Below, piece by piece: positions 12,859 to 28,155 of a stretch of 64,000 bases of DNA. Each line of letters begins with the position of its first letter. The stretch's first letter is position 1. Under the pieces are notes generated by a model that was not told where the DNA came from, did not search any database, and worked only from the letters and a program-made list of their open reading frames with translations. Made by a program: the position numbers and the translations under genes. Source of the DNA: Antedon mediterranea (taxonomy: Eukaryota; Animalia; Echinodermata); the NCBI RefSeq assembly GCF_964355755.1, contig NC_092678.1:18493365-18557364 (forward strand). The letters are read 5' to 3'.

Positions 12859-15800
12859 ACCTATTACAAATGTACTGATTTCTAATTTCTAACATATAAA
12901 ATATAAATACTAAAAAGGAAAACGAGATAAACTATTTACAATCTTTAAAAAGAAATGCTATATGCTAGCCTACTTTTCCTATAAAAATAGTCACCCCATT
13001 CAATAAATAAGAGGAATTCATTTTTGGTTTATGATTATGATTTTAATACACAACTCCGTTAATTTAGCTTACAAGTAGTTCTGAAAGATAGATTTTTAAG
13101 TTCACATGCCGTTTTCTAACATTTATTTTATAGACACAGTTAAAATCTTAATTATCTAACAAACTTTTTTTATTTATCATAACAATTTGCAAATTTGCTG
13201 TACACAGAAAAAAAAGGACTATTAAGCAATCGTTAAATAGTATGTACTATTGCACAAAACGTGACCCACAATTGTCCATTCAAATGACAGGAATTTATTT
13301 TGGAATTATATAAAAACTATTATTGGGTTGTTCCCATTATTAAATATATTGAAATGGCAAGCAGATTTCGATTTAGGAATCAAAATAACCCATTTAGAGG
13401 TACAATTTTCGTACTGCTTTTAAACAATGCCTTTTTAACATTTATGTTTTAAAGAAAATATTAAAGTATTATTTCTATCTTTAACACTAGGTTAATTCAT
13501 TATAAACTATAGAGGGCAGCATTCGATGCATGTATGTTAATTAACTACAATCCTGTCCCTATACAGAATCAATCAAGCTATTCTAAAATTTGTTATATAC
13601 TCTAGCTTACCTTTTCACTGCGTAATCAATCTTACTTTTAGTATATTTTTGCGTGTATTCCTTGACAAGAAACATTCTGTGAAAATTCACAATAGGGCTG
13701 CTTCTTCCTAATTATAATAAATTTACATTATTGAGTTTACAGAAAATTGATGATTTAGAAAAATGAAAACCATAAGTCTATATAATTTTAAATTAAAATT
13801 AAAGAGATATAGAATGTTCTTTTACCTTTCTTGGTCCTCTTGACAAGTTATTATTATATAATAAAACTTTAAACCGCCCAGTGAATACATTTATTCACAA
13901 TAGGTGAAGACAAGAAAATCTGTGTGAATGAGAAAATCTGTGTGAATGAGAAGTCTAAGATTCGACCCAGGGATCTTCACAAAATGGTTCAAATTCGATT
14001 GGATCTTATAACATACATTTGAGATAATTGCCAGATGTAAAGTTAACATAAACCATAGCGTACTTGACCCTTTTATGGTTTATGTGCTGTGCAGTCTGAA
14101 TATATTTTTTTCCTTTTTGTGGCTTAAAACCACAACTTTTATTCAACTTCCTCAATTTCATTTTCACATGATTATCTTATCTTATCATTTTTACATTATT
14201 TTATTATATCTTTTTCTACTTGTCTAAGATACATGATTAAAATGTGAATTCATTATATTTTATATTTATTAATTAGTTTGTTAGCCAAGCTATAGTATTT
14301 GAATACATTTTGAATTTTTAAATAGGCCTAAGTGGAAATTCAATTAAAATACTAAGTTTCAGAAAATTGATAATTAAAAATAAAAAATGGGAAGCCTAAA
14401 ACAATATTTTTAAATGTAAAGAGCGCTATAGAATATTCTTGCTTTATAAGGTTTCAAGTAAGAATATTCTTGGTCCTTCTGACAAGTTCTTATATAATAA
14501 ATAAAATATTATTATTCTATCTTAAGCTTCTGTCCGTGATCGTGGCAATAATATACACAGCAATAAATAAAGGTGTCATCATGTTATAATCATCAACGCT
14601 TTATTCAGAAATACCATTATATTGTCTTATATCTGTTTTTGATTAGTTTTATATCCACCATCACACTATGAACATTTTATCATATTTACCGTCAGGGATT
14701 GGTTGAAAGAGCACCACAAGATAATTAGTATAAATATTATATAAAAATGTATTTACTATATTTACTGTAAAATGACGTCAATTTAATATTAACCTGTAGA
14801 ATAAGTCGCCTTAAACTTGTGTACTAAACTTGAGAGCCACCTTTTTATATGCCCTCGACCAGTCAAATGTTCGCTCCAGTCAGTTACCTTCTAAAAGGAG
14901 GTCAAATTAAGAAACCAGTTTTTTAAACTGCTTTTTTTAATGATTGAGAATGCAAACAAATGGATTTTTAAACAGTTTTTTTTTTAATGGAAAACTGTCT
15001 TTTTTCAGTAGTGCGATTTCCAGTGCCAGAGGAAAAAAGTTATTTTCTGAAAACCATTTTCTGACTCTGAAAACAGTCGGAACAGGCTGATAAACTTTGT
15101 CAGTTGTGTTATTTGCACGTATTTAACTGGTTTCTGGATGAAAATAGTGAGATTAAATTACAAAAGTAAATAGATAAATCATTGTGGTTTCTTTCAATAC
15201 AAAGTAAAAAACCTCTTAATTTACACATTCAATGCCCTGATGCCTTAGTAACCATGGTTACAACAAGATATTTTTAATTACTAGCGTCATAATTACTTTA
15301 TTTCTTTATGTTACCCGCATTTGACACATCTGATGGAAAAGAATTTAATTTTGCTTATTGTTAGAAATGTAATCATTACCAGATTAGTACAAGCATCAAT
15401 TTTTCAATACCCTGTACATTTTTTTTCTTACTGAAAAAAAAGCTATATAAGAGTGAATGTGGAATGGAGAGAAAGATTGACTATTCAATGTACAGTCCAT
15501 CTTCCAATGAATGAAAATGTTATCTCTTTTGCATGATTACAAATCAGTCATTATTTGTTGTATAACACCTTCAAATGTGAATGTTGATGGCTAGACCCTA
15601 TGCAACAGCACTCAAAATTCACAGAGCCTCGCATTGCAAACTTAATTGTCAGGGATGGATCTAATGCACAGCATGTAATATAATTTAACCAGCAATCAAA
15701 TGTATGATCGTTGTAAAACATCGTATTAATAACATATCTCTGGTGCAGAATGACAAATAGAAAGCAGAAGCATAAAATAATTTTAGTAGCCTACTTACAG

Positions 15801-18800
15801 AATTGCTTCATTGTTTTACAACCCAAGGGGCTACCTTTGGGCTTTATGTCCGATTTGTATGTAATTATTGTAATTATGAACAGAATTAAATAGTCCATAG
15901 TATTTTACTGTATATTGGTAGTTTATTAAAACATGTTGATGGTGTTAGCTCATTTCACTATTATTTACACAATGTTTTTTTCAATTTCTCTTTGTTACAA
16001 TTTTCAGTGTGGTATGTAATCACTGACATTTAGAAAACTATAAATCTTAATTAAAATTGGTTTATTTTTGTAGCCTGAATTATTTTAATGATGAACAAAG
16101 GCTACTCCAAATATTGGAGAAGGGGGTCATACAATAATGTCCTTGCTCTTGAGAAAAATAAATAAATTTCAGGTAGGCCAAGAAAATTATTTTTTTATTT
16201 CCAAAATGCATGCTGGGGGTGTTGTGTGGTGGACTCATTCATCATATCGAGATGGACAATTAGAGAAATGTGAAAGGAATTACATTTTTTGTTTTGTTTT
16301 TGTAAAAAAAAAAATTTTTTTTGCATTTACTATTGCGCAATTTCAGCATTGGTCAAGTCCAGCAATATTTACTGAAAAAATTATGGCATTACTGCAGTAG
16401 AATATATATTAAAGCCAAGGCAAATTGCAGCAACAAATTTTAGTTTTTTTTTTCTGCGATAATAATTTATAAATTATTTATTTATTTATTATTAATTTAA
16501 ATTTGTTGGTTTTCAGTTTTGTAAATTATAGTTTAGTGACATTTTTATTCAAAAAAATAATATATGCGTTGTTTATAGTATTTTCACTGATTATGCTAAT
16601 TACACCCTTATTTGCATAACTACTCCATTTGCAATTTGATTTGTTGTTCCATTTTCTGTATAAATAATTATATTAAAATTAATAGTCTCGTCAACTTTTG
16701 ACAGTAATTATAAATAAGAAAATGAAATCATATTATGTTTTAATCAATTTAATTTCTTCTTTATATTAAATTAAAATTATATCATGATAAATTAATTAAT
16801 GTTTGTTCATTCAAAAAAGTATGTTACAAAGGTTGTATGAATCAACTTCATCGGTAGTTTAAAAAAATAGGCTTCAGATCCGGATATATGTGCCGACATT
16901 AACGAAATTACAACATTTGCACTTTAAAAAAATCATTGTCTATTGTATACATGTTCTAAGGGTCATTTGTTCTAGAGCACGCTACATTGTGGAGTGAAAC
17001 TATAGTGACGCAAACAAACCAACCAAACGTGTTACATTTTACAAGGTGAAATAGAATGATTGGGATTTACATTTTTAAAGGGAAAGATATAAAAACTGTC
17101 CAGTAATAATGCTATAATAACTTAAGAATTACATTATGGCAATCTGGATTCAAATTTAGACTCTTGACACATCAATATAATTTACGGACAAATACTGTGA
17201 TTAAAAAAAATGGTTGACATATTTTAATGAATAACTAAATTTACAAATATAGTTACGGTTTTCTCATTTCTTGAAAATCTATTTTTAGTTCTTTATTCTT
17301 TTTATCAAGGAATCTCTCAGAGTGAATTTGCATACCTGTTAACAGCTAATAATTATGATCCTTAGGTCAATAAATTAAAAACTAAAATCACTTTTCAATG
17401 TCACAGACCACCGTTGTGTTAAACCATGGTTTAAATGATGGGATTAAGAAATATAAAATGTAATTTACTAATTCTTATGCAGGGTGTATAAATCATTGGA
17501 GTTGATCCTTGTCATATTCATTAATTGATGTGTCCAAATATGGTAGTGATATGCCCAAATATGGTAGTGATATGACATCATCATGTCTATATATGGGCAC
17601 ATCACATTTGTTTGTCACATAAAGTTTGATAGTGTAGACAGAGCTTTAGTTATGTTAATTCTTATAGTGTCAAACTCTCTGATAATGTAAAGTGACATTA
17701 TACAGTGTGCACAATACAATTACACAATTAAATTAATATCCAATTGGAATGTTTGTAATATATTAATAATAATGTATCAAATTTGTGATATTGTTAACTA
17801 ATACTTAATAAAGTTCACAGTTAATAATCACTGTAAACAAAACTAGCATTAGTAGTACTTTATATCACATGACAGAAAACCTCTTTATAGACATAATGAT
17901 ACGCATTTTTAACTGGACAGTCGTGACTAAGCCAATCCAAACCAGCATATGGCATAATAGGTTTGAACTGAACAGCATTTGACCCTTACAAAATTATGCA
18001 TATTATAAGAGTAATTGAGATAGTTTGAAATAATAATTTATATGTCCATCATTGAATGTCTGTCTGGTGTACCAGTATCTGTACATAAAACAATAACATA
18101 GAAAATGAGTAATGAGGATAAGTATGTGTGACCTTTAACCTGTATAGTTACAGAAGATATATTATTCCAATTTGATCATACACATCTTCAGTAATTATTT
18201 GGGTATTTGGGTATTTGGGGACAGTACCTTGAAGCCTTGAAAAGTTGCCTAATTTCAAGATAGTATGGGCTTCTTTTCAAGGTAGTATGGGCTTCTTTTC
18301 GAGACTTTATTTGAATGTCAAATGGATAGAATAGCATGTTTGTTCCTACCGAACGCATCGGTACACATGAGGTATATCGAAATGACTGCTTTGTATTACT
18401 GCATTGTATTGGACAGTTTTATTATGACATTTGAATATTATCCGCCATATTTGGTCAAACATAACTGCCAAAATTGCACCTAAATTTCCCCACTTGGTCC
18501 ATTTGTTTGTTATTTTTTTGCATATAAACACCAAACCCAGATTTTTCCCAAGATTCCAGTTTTTTTTCCAGACTTTTTGATCTTAATAGTATCAATGTTT
18601 AAGTTTATTTATCAATGGTATGTCTATACAGTACAAAACTGGTCTGTCCTTTAAAATGGCTTATTTATTCTTTAAAAATGTCATATGAAGCCTGAAAGAA
18701 ATCTAAATGGTTGGAGTAAAATATGCTTACAAGTAAATATTAGTATTAACATACAAACGAAAATCGGACCGATTTTGGCGTTTCACTCTTCACTCACTGT

Positions 18801-18877
18801 ATTAGTGATTACAATTTTTTCATGTAATTCTAACTGATCTCTATCGTTAAAGGATTATTATTGTTTCTTTTTTTCAG

Positions 18878-19324
18878 AATCGTGAATTTGTAGAAACAGA
18901 ATATACGTACAATGGCATTCCGTTTGCACGTACGTTGACGCCTCACCATGATACACCACATTCGCTGTCAAATAGTCCAACAGATAACACTACACAAGAA
19001 TTCCAAGGAAATACGATATGTTGCAATCGTTCAGGTAAACGTTACATGCAAGCAAACACGACGGAAGACGGCACGGAACTGAACGAAATCCATATCCGGC
19101 AGCCGAACAGGACAAGAGCGGATCTGAACACAAACAATCCGAGGGGTAATTGTACACCAATGGTGACAACGACAATTGTGACTCTAAGCACGCCAACATC
19201 CCCGTTAGATTCAGACTCTATCCATTCCCGTCACTCTGCGTATTCAACGCATTCAGCAAATAGTTCAAACTCGGAGGGCGATGCATTTGATAACAGCTGT
19301 ATTATGCGAGTTTCGGCCTTATAG
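18878..19324 (+). CDS. KCND: Shal/Kv4 K+ channel, last coding exon
   Basis: ttttttcag|AAT CGT GAA TTT GTA (NREFVE, cf. Kv4 NHEFVD), 447 nt including TAG. Contains TICCNR and ELNEIHIR and ends IMRVSAL* (Kv4 IVRVSAL). In frame with ORF 18935-19324. Confidence 0.93.
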   Translation, partial: NREFVETEYTYNGIPFARTLTPHHDTPHSLSNSPTDNTTQEFQGNTICCNRSGKRYMQANTTEDGTELNEIHIRQPNRTRADLNTNNPRGNCTPMVTTTIVTLSTPTSPLDSDSIHSRHSAYSTHSANSSNSEGDAFDNSCIMRVSAL

Positions 19325-21390
19325 CAGCTGTTTATAAGTAACCTGATTTATGCAAAGTGGACTCAAGTCACGTAACATTATGCTTGCCAATTAAACTTCC
19401 ATGCCTTTCGTACATAGATTTTCACCCTCAGTTTCGCTCATGGTAAGACGAGATAGAGATACTGCCCCAGGCATTAGGTACGTGACAATTAAGCGTGTTG
19501 TTTATTTGTGAGCGTGAAAAGTTGTTCTTCCATTTAATTGTGTGTTCATTTCGATTCGTGGTATTCAAAAGGCAAACATTCTGAACAAAGCTCATACATC
19601 TTGATAGCGCAACCATTATAGTGTAGTGTGTTTCTACACCAAGGTACAAACATGAAATATTAACAGAAAGATAGAGTCAGATGGGCTCGACCAACAAGCT
19701 CAAAATATGTCATTTTTTCAATTGTGTTTTAACAATATTATAATAATGCATTTTTCTTTCTTTTTTTTAATGGTTTTTTTATGCTTTTGCTGTTTTGTAT
19801 GTCCAAACTTGCTTTCAAATAACTATTAGTCGATGTAGAATTAAAAAAAAATTTTTTTTTTTATATTAATGTGAATCATAGTTTTAAAAATACAATTGCA
19901 AGTAAAAGAAAAAAGTTTTCAGTAGCTGTAATGACAAGATTACATCTCTATAAACGTTCAATTGGTACACATGTATATCAAATTCTGATTGGTTGAAATT
20001 AAATCGCGTAATTACAGTTTTCCACCAGTTACATCACGCATCACATATCGATAACAATTGAATACTGGACCAGTAAACTACTTCATTGCAACTTGTAACT
20101 TTTCTATTATTTTTCTTTCTGTATTTATTGAACATTCTTCGTCAGATGATGGTGTACACGTTCTATCCTTGGTTACTCGTGAACGAATATTGCAATATGT
20201 TTACGTGCAAAAGTTATATATTGTCTCTCTTATATTTGACATTTTTTTATCTATATAATATATATATATATATTTAACGTATATTTTATTATTATGTGTG
20301 TACATATACAATTATATTATATAATTTTCTATATACTATAATATATTGTATATGTATACAATTTGTTCATCTTTCACATCGTTCAGTACAAACTAACTTA
20401 TTTGTTGTTAATTTATTATTTTTTTCTTAATTGTGTATTGCATGCAAGTCTCGACATTGGGGTTAATATAACGTTTATAAAGTGTGTTTGAATGGGGTTT
20501 TTTTTATTTTATTTTACATTCGTCTTATAAATATAAAGCAAACTAAGACATTTTATATTGTACATAAAATAGGGTTAAGTCTATAGCTGTTGCCAATATG
20601 GGTATTTGTTTATGATAGTAAAGACATTAACAATTTTGTTTTTCATTCATTAGTGTAGTATATACAAGTCTGCTACGTGTGTGTACATTTAGCTTTGCTA
20701 CTAAACTCGCATGAATGATTTTATATCTATATGATTTAGTTTCAGTTTTTGCATTTTGTAAAAAAAAAAGAAAATTCAATGAAAATACATTCTCTTCAAA
20801 CAGTGTGTAGAATCGAAGGTGAGGGGTTGGGGAGATTTATTATTTATTTTTAAGAATGAATGAAAAGCCATGACAATTATATTAAATACATATTTATATT
20901 TTATATTCTACCAAAAAAGGTCTCTATGCATTTATGGCTATTGTAATATTAACTGAGAGAATTCCTAAAGTGATCATGTCAAAATCAGTCTACTGCATTT
21001 ACTGCAGTAACTACATAATTTTATTTCAATATGATACAAGGTTGTTCAAATAAACCTTAAATAAACAGTGTGTATATGATTAGACATAAATACTTGGTAA
21101 ATAATTTCATAACCTTGTTATGAGTAAACAAACTGCAGTTACTGCAGTAGAATAATGTTGACGTGGTACCTAAAAGGATTTTATTCAATACTCATGTGAA
21201 CATTTTTGTTGAAAAGCTACTGTATATCATTATAATATCATATTAAATGTGGCTTAGCTAAATTTACCTACATGAAGCAGTCATATGTATAGATATTATA
21301 TTATTGACTAATCTATTAATATATGATAATCATATTTTTACCCAAATGTTAAATTATACCTATTGATACTACAAAAATTGTAAATAAATC
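19325..21390 (+). other. KCND: Probable KCND 3' UTR
   Basis: AT-rich sequence after the stop codon with AATAAA candidates (e.g. ~21383). The end point is uncertain. Confidence 0.4.
20971..21170. mobile_element. Decayed ACTGCAGTA-rich MITE; related copy at 6239-6560
   Basis: gatcatgtcaaaa...actgcagtaac ... actgcagta...ttgacgtggtac; the same start and motifs occur at 6240. Confidence 0.5.
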
Positions 21391-24300
21391 TGCATATGTT
21401 GTATATTATGATAAATAATTAACATAATTTGTATAGTTTTCCATTCATAAATGGCAAAAAAAAAATTGTATTTTACATATTTTCCGAAAGGATTTCTTCG
21501 AGCTGATAAAGTCAACATTTGTACATAATGTAGGTTATTCTCAAAGAAACATTGTTTATCATATCCGGCATATCATATTCCACATGACCACACTAAATCC
21601 TTAGAAATTACTAACCAAAAATAACTGAAGATTAATAGATTGCACTTAAATTTAAATTTGGTTAAATTTAAATGCATTCCAATATTATGATCTTCAACTT
21701 TTGCAATGTTTAATATAATAAAAGATATAATATAATAGTAATAATGATGATAATAATTATATTTAAAGCATTTTCTTTTTTTTTTCTTTCTCCTATCTAA
21801 CCATTTTGATACAAGTTCACATGTTGCTTTTCAGATTGTGTTATTGATCTTAAATTATTTATTAAACTATCTTTTGTACTGTAAATAACTCTATGGACAA
21901 ATAATAAGTAAAGAAGAATATTAATATACGGATAGGATAATATTTGTAGGAGATTAGTGTATATTTAGTCGCTTATTTGAGTTTTTGTTTGCGATTATTT
22001 TTAATTTAATGATATTCATCTTATTCTGTCTGTAATGTTTTGTTTTATGTTGTTTATTTTGTAGGTGAAAATTCACGCAGCATCATTCAAACAAAAGACA
22101 ATCTATATAATATTTGCATAATATTGTAGACCACCTGTTGATCTCCCCAACACATGCGATGCTCATAACTCATCACTATCCACCTGCAAAACTCTATTCA
22201 TTTGCATATTTAAATAAGGTATATATAATAATCAGGGAATCTTATTTTAACATTGATATTCAGATATGGGTAAGTCATCATCTAGATATTACCATAACCT
22301 TAGAAACGTCCACCTTGTAATTTGCATATTTCAGGTAGTTCATTTAAAGTACTAAACTTTATCACCTTCGTTCTTGTCATATTTTTATTTAAATATTTTC
22401 ATCAATCTATCAATTTTTCTTACTGACTAAAATAGTCTTAAATGAGCATTATCTTCTGCAGTTTCCAATGTACAAGTGTGTCCAAAGTTCCAAAAATATT
22501 TGCCTTTTTTTTCATCTATTTATGGATTAGTTTTTAATACACTTACAGAATGAAATGTGGAAATAATGGCTAACAGATTTTTTTCTACAGAAAATAAATG
22601 AAATTAGAAATCTTTTGAAGAAAATAATATTTTTAAAAATCTATTCAGATGACATAATGATCAATTGAAAACGATTTTGGTGTTTTGTACAGATCATGAC
22701 GGTGTCATTTCAGCATAGGCCTATTTGCGAAACTCTTATTTTCATCGAAGAAATGACACATGGTTATTTTATAGTTTAGAATGAATCCATTTTCTATTTT
22801 CTTTGTATTGACACTTGTCATCGTGCATAATATGAACAGACCTCTATTTCTGGAATATTTTTTAAAAATCACTAAAAGATAATTGTACAAATAGAACGAG
22901 GACATTCAAGAGAAAAAACCTTTAGTAATTATTTTATTCTTTGAATAATTATTTTGCTTTTAAACATATGGAAATTCTGTTGCTGAATATAGCTGGAGGT
23001 AGTTTAAAATATTGTATTTTCCAATTACTAATTAATTTCATTTCTAATATAATTTCCATAAAATTATCAGTTGATATTGATTAATTACAAATAAATTAGT
23101 TAAATAATGATTTTATAATTACGTAAGTGAAGTAATTACTATTCATTTAGAGGGTAGCGCTTGGTTCGTGCTGTTAAAATAGAGATTTGAAATAGAGATT
23201 TGTAATTGTGAGATCTTTTGACAGATTAAAAACATATATATTCCTGAAATTTTTCTGTAGGAAAAAACCCCAACAAATCATGTTTTCAGTTATGAAAGAC
23301 AAAAATGGTTTAATTCAACAAAAAACCACATTGGCTGCCGTAGCCAATTTGAAGATTTTATTGCCCTTTTTTCAGGTAAATAATTTTTTTTAAAGTATGT
23401 TTTCTGGTGACAATATCTCTATAAAAACATCCTTATCAATTTTACTTTTGGTGAATTTAATCCGTCATCTGCCTTAACATTTACGAGTCATAGTAGAGTA
23501 TGATCGAATGATTAGATTATCCTGAGTTACCCGAGAATGAGTAGTCAATTAGACTTGCGTTTACACTGATCATCTCATTGTTTACTCTCATTGCCGTGAC
23601 CGCTTTCGTTATGTTAGCTTTTTGTATGGATGGATTACCGTTGCGAACTCAATCACTGAATGGACGTGGATAAATGATGTGGATGTTAATTAAAAGAAGT
23701 CCATCAGTCATGTTGTTTTCAGTAGAAAAATTGAAAAGTAAATGTTTAGCTTCGTTATCATTCAGTTATTTATAATATTAATTTTTTTTTCATACTATAA
23801 AAATCCCAAGGCCGCCAGTTAGGGTCCTTAAGACAGGGCCTTCAGGCCTCATGCATCACTGATAGTAATATCAAAGTCAACACAATTCACTTCGAACACT
23901 CTCATCTACAAAATATGTTTGATGTGAACACATACTGTACCTACAGAACACAACCCTAATTCATTAATGTTTCAGTGTTTATCAATGGCTTTAACTACAC
24001 TGTACTACATTTAATAATCTAATAATTTATCTTTATCTTCAGTTATGTTTCTCATTTCATTCATGTATTTTTTAGTTTCTTTGAATTTAAAATTTGAAGT
24101 CTTTTTGTAACAGATTTGGATGATATATCATTAAATTAATTCTAAATTAAAAAAATATAGTTTTTGTTGTAGTTAGAATTTGAAAATAAAAATATAAAAA
24201 ATGTATGAATAAAAAATTCAACTTTGTTCATTTTGAACCGAGTGTATACTCCAATTTGCATAATATTTGCATAACATTTGCATAATAGCTCTGGCTCTGT

Positions 24301-24589
24301 AGTAAACAATTCTCAATATCACAGTTGATACATTATTTAATGGCCGTTGATGTGAGTTTTATTCTTCTACCCCTATATCGATAAATGCTTTGGTCTACCT
24401 GTGTAAATAATAACAAGTTTTTTATGTATAAAGGTCTAAGAGCCATATTGGTTGTGTAAAGAATATAAAACAAAATATTATGTAAAAATTTATGCATTAT
24501 ATCTTTTGGGGGTATTTTGATTCTGGTTATCCATTTCTTTTAACCCACTAATATTAACCAATTGTATACTGCTATGTTCTATAAGTTGT

Positions 24590-25400
24590 AATTGTACATG
24601 CCATATGTCATATTTAAACATATGTCATATATGTGCCATCTATCATGATTCTGTATATCTATTACATATGTCATGTATCTACTGTGTATCATACATCCAT
24701 GTCATGCCATATATGTCATATGTCACCTATGTAAACATATGCCATATATGTCATATGTCACCTATGTAAACATATACCACATATGTATCTATATCATACA
24801 TCTATGCCATATCTATGCCATATATGTAGATGGCATATGTCATATATAAACATATGCCATATATGTACCATCTATCATGATGTATATATATTACATATGG
24901 CATTTATCTGTATCATACATCTATGCCATATATGTACATGCCATATGTCACCTATGTAAATATATGCCATATTATGTGCCACCATCTGTCATGATGATGT
25001 ATATATATTACATATGGCGTTTATCTGTATCATACATCCATGCCATATATGCATATATGTACATGCCATATGTCCCTATGGAAACATGCCATTGATGTGC
25101 CATCTGTCATAATGCTGTATATCTATTACATATGGCATGTAAACATGCATACCATATGCCATATACGTACATGCCATATGTCATTATATGGTCATATATC
25201 ATGTAGACATATGCCATGCCTAATATATCATTATTTGTATGCAACGACATGTGCTTCATCAGTACATGTCTATGATGTATATTTCATATACTGTAGCTAT
25301 GCATATATGTATTATATATATATACAGTATGTGTGCCATATACTAAATATATGTGTATGTGTGCCATATACTAAATATATGTGTAAAGGTATGGCATATA
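24590..25400. repeat. Low-complexity ATATGCC/CATATG tandem region
   Basis: Dense reiteration of atatgccatatatgt variants; explains the Y/I/C/H-rich ORFs at 24877-25562. Confidence 0.8.
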
Positions 25401-26407
25401 AATTACATAATATCTATTATACTGTTATTGTATGAAGGTTGTTTATTATACATCTTTGATCAAATATACAGCAGACATGTTTATACTAAAGTAGGTATAT
25501 GTTATATATTGTTATATATCTTGCATACGATAGACGTATCATGCACAATGCAGTATACATAGCATGTTAAGGCTAGACTATTTACCCAGGTAAAATAGTT
25601 TCATGGACATATATTGCTAAGAAATTACCCGGATAAATCGCTACGCCTAAACGGGCACATAGTTAATATATATGTATACAATATGAATGGTTGTTTTGGT
25701 TTCAGGTTTTCATTGTTTTTAGCTATTTAAAATGTTTTTTTTTTCAGAACATATCACATAACCATTTGGGTTTTATTGACATTATTGAATACATAGAAGT
25801 GACTATTCAATATGTTTTATTGTGTTTTTGTTCATTTTAATATAATATTTTACATTTATTATCATTTGTCATAAAATTACATGCACATCACGTAATAAAT
25901 TAAGCACATAATAATTGCACTACGCGCCAACAATACGCAATAGTGAGTGTGAACAAGTCTGCGCATGTTCACACCGTGACGTTGACGTCTTCTGTGTGGA
26001 AGTCGAGAAGCTGTCGTGCGTGTTATTGTCATTGCACCCGATAAACTTGCTGTATCATGACTAGCAACAATAAACATCATACAGTATCGCGTCTTTTGAC
26101 AGCAACTGTCATCCTATGTGAGATATTGTATATCCTCTTGACATGATATCGTAAAATATACGAGTCGTTGACATTTAGAATTAACATAATCACTGACGTC
26201 ATAATCTCATCTCGTCAGCCATCTTCTTTTTAATTCACAATAACAGTTTATCATTATGAATATAAATATCATTGTTATACTATTTCAAACCACTAATTTG
26301 TATAGGCCTAATGCCATCACCATGTTATATTTTCCTCGTCAAACATATCAAGTTACCATCGGCGGTTCTGTCTTCTACAAAATCAGTTAATGCTACACTA
26401 ACAAACA

Positions 26408-26739
26408 TTAAAGTTGTATTGTAAAAATGAAGATTAATTAAATCAGACTTTGAATAAGTTTTTGTAGTTTTAATAAGTTAATCATTTCCGTAGAAAAAAA
26501 AAACAAAAATGAAATGTTTTTACTCATAAAATAACATAATAAATGGTTAAATTCAACCAAAAATGTATTGGCTGGCAGCCAATTTTACCCTTTTTTGCTT
26601 TAAATTACATTTTTTCAGGTAAATAAATTTTGTTTAGATCCAATTTTTGGTCGAAGTGGATACCTATTATGTAACAACAAAATGGCATATTAAAAAAAAA
26701 ATTGTGAAAAATATTTTCAGGGGAACAATACATCTTTAA
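26408..26739. mobile_element. Copy of the TTAA-flanked MITE (opposite orientation)
   Basis: ttaaagttgtattg...aatacatctttaa; the interior matches the reverse complement of 12544-12858. Confidence 0.65.
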
Positions 26740-27759
26740 CACATTGTTTAGTTTGCTCAATCTTGCTATAGAGTGACTTTTGCACAGTTGTTTTCCACCC
26801 GATACGGTACCTGAAGTGCTGTATTTATACATACTATCTATTTCCGAGGTATCATAGAACTATTTTGGTAATACAGTCTCATTTTACACATGTGATGTAT
26901 TATTATCAAATATATCCACTGTATCATACCTCAGAAATTGATACAGTACCGAGAATCGGCTGTGCTTTTTTACACTTTGTCATGAGCAAACTTTGACAAA
27001 ACTTTGTAGAAAAACTAGGAGTTTCCTGGAGTTTATAAATAACATTAATTTTTCTCAAGACTAGACTTAACGCACATTATAACGCAAATTTGTACCAGTT
27101 TTCAACAGTACTAACAACCGATTCGAACAACAGCCTTCACTAATTTTAAGCACGTTGCACCTGTTTTTGACGTATTGCACATTCCCATAAATATTTCAAA
27201 CCTAGGCAATTTTATCAAACATAAATTTACATTTGAACGTTTTGATTTTAGTTGAAGACATAAAACACGATGGTAAGTATGTGTATTGACCTGTTAATAA
27301 GTGTCCTTTATCCTAGCTCATTTATTATAGATACTGTAATTCTGTTTATTATGAAACGGAATAATACAGAAAGAGACAGAAGAGTATAAAAGGTTTTTTT
27401 TTTCTCTTAGGGTTTTTTGATAGAAGTTCAAAATACCAAACACAGTTTCTACACTGGAAAAGAAAACACTCTACTGTTTTATTTTATAAACTTTTGCACA
27501 TTTCCTGTTTTTGTATGTTTGTTAAAATGCAAATATGTAACTTCTTAAGTTTAAAAATCATTTTATTTTATAGGCCTATATTTCATATCTTATTTATACT
27601 GTTTTTTGTATTCACACTGTAGGATAGAAACGAATTAAAGTTATGTTTAGGTGACGGTATGAAGTGGTTTAGTTGCTCTGAATAGGCCTACACACAATAG
27701 ACAAGACTGCAAGAAGATCGTGTTGGAAAAAATGATAACAATGAACAAGAAAACCGTAT

Positions 27760-28155
27760 AGGTTGGCTGGTACTTTGTAGCTCTTTTATTTATCTATTTG
27801 GTATGGTCCAAAATGAACATTATTAAAACCCCTTTTAAAGGACCATTATTATTTATTATATTATTAACATTCGTATTATTTTTTTTATTAATTGCTATTA
27901 ATTTGTTTTAACAGATTGAAAAAAAAATATTTTAACTGGAATTTCCTCCCGGATTAACAAAAAAGGTATGATTGGTCTGGTAATTTGCAGCTTCTCTTTT
28001 AGTTATATGGTAAAAAATGAACATCATTAAACAATCTTTTAAATGACTATTATTATTTATTATATTATCTTTTTTAAATATTATTATTTTTTGATATTTT
28101 TTATAGGCCTAACGGATTGAAAAAAAAAGTTTCAAACTGGAATATCTTTCCGGGA
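27760..28155. repeat. Diverged ~210-bp tandem duplication
   Basis: ttggctggtac/ttggtctggtaa...aaatgaacat.attaaa...gattgaaaaaaaaa...aactggaat...ccgg occurs twice. Confidence 0.7.

Noticed and set aside
24877-25562. Tyr/Ile/Cys/His-rich ORFs
   Set aside because: Translation of low-complexity ATATGCC repeats.
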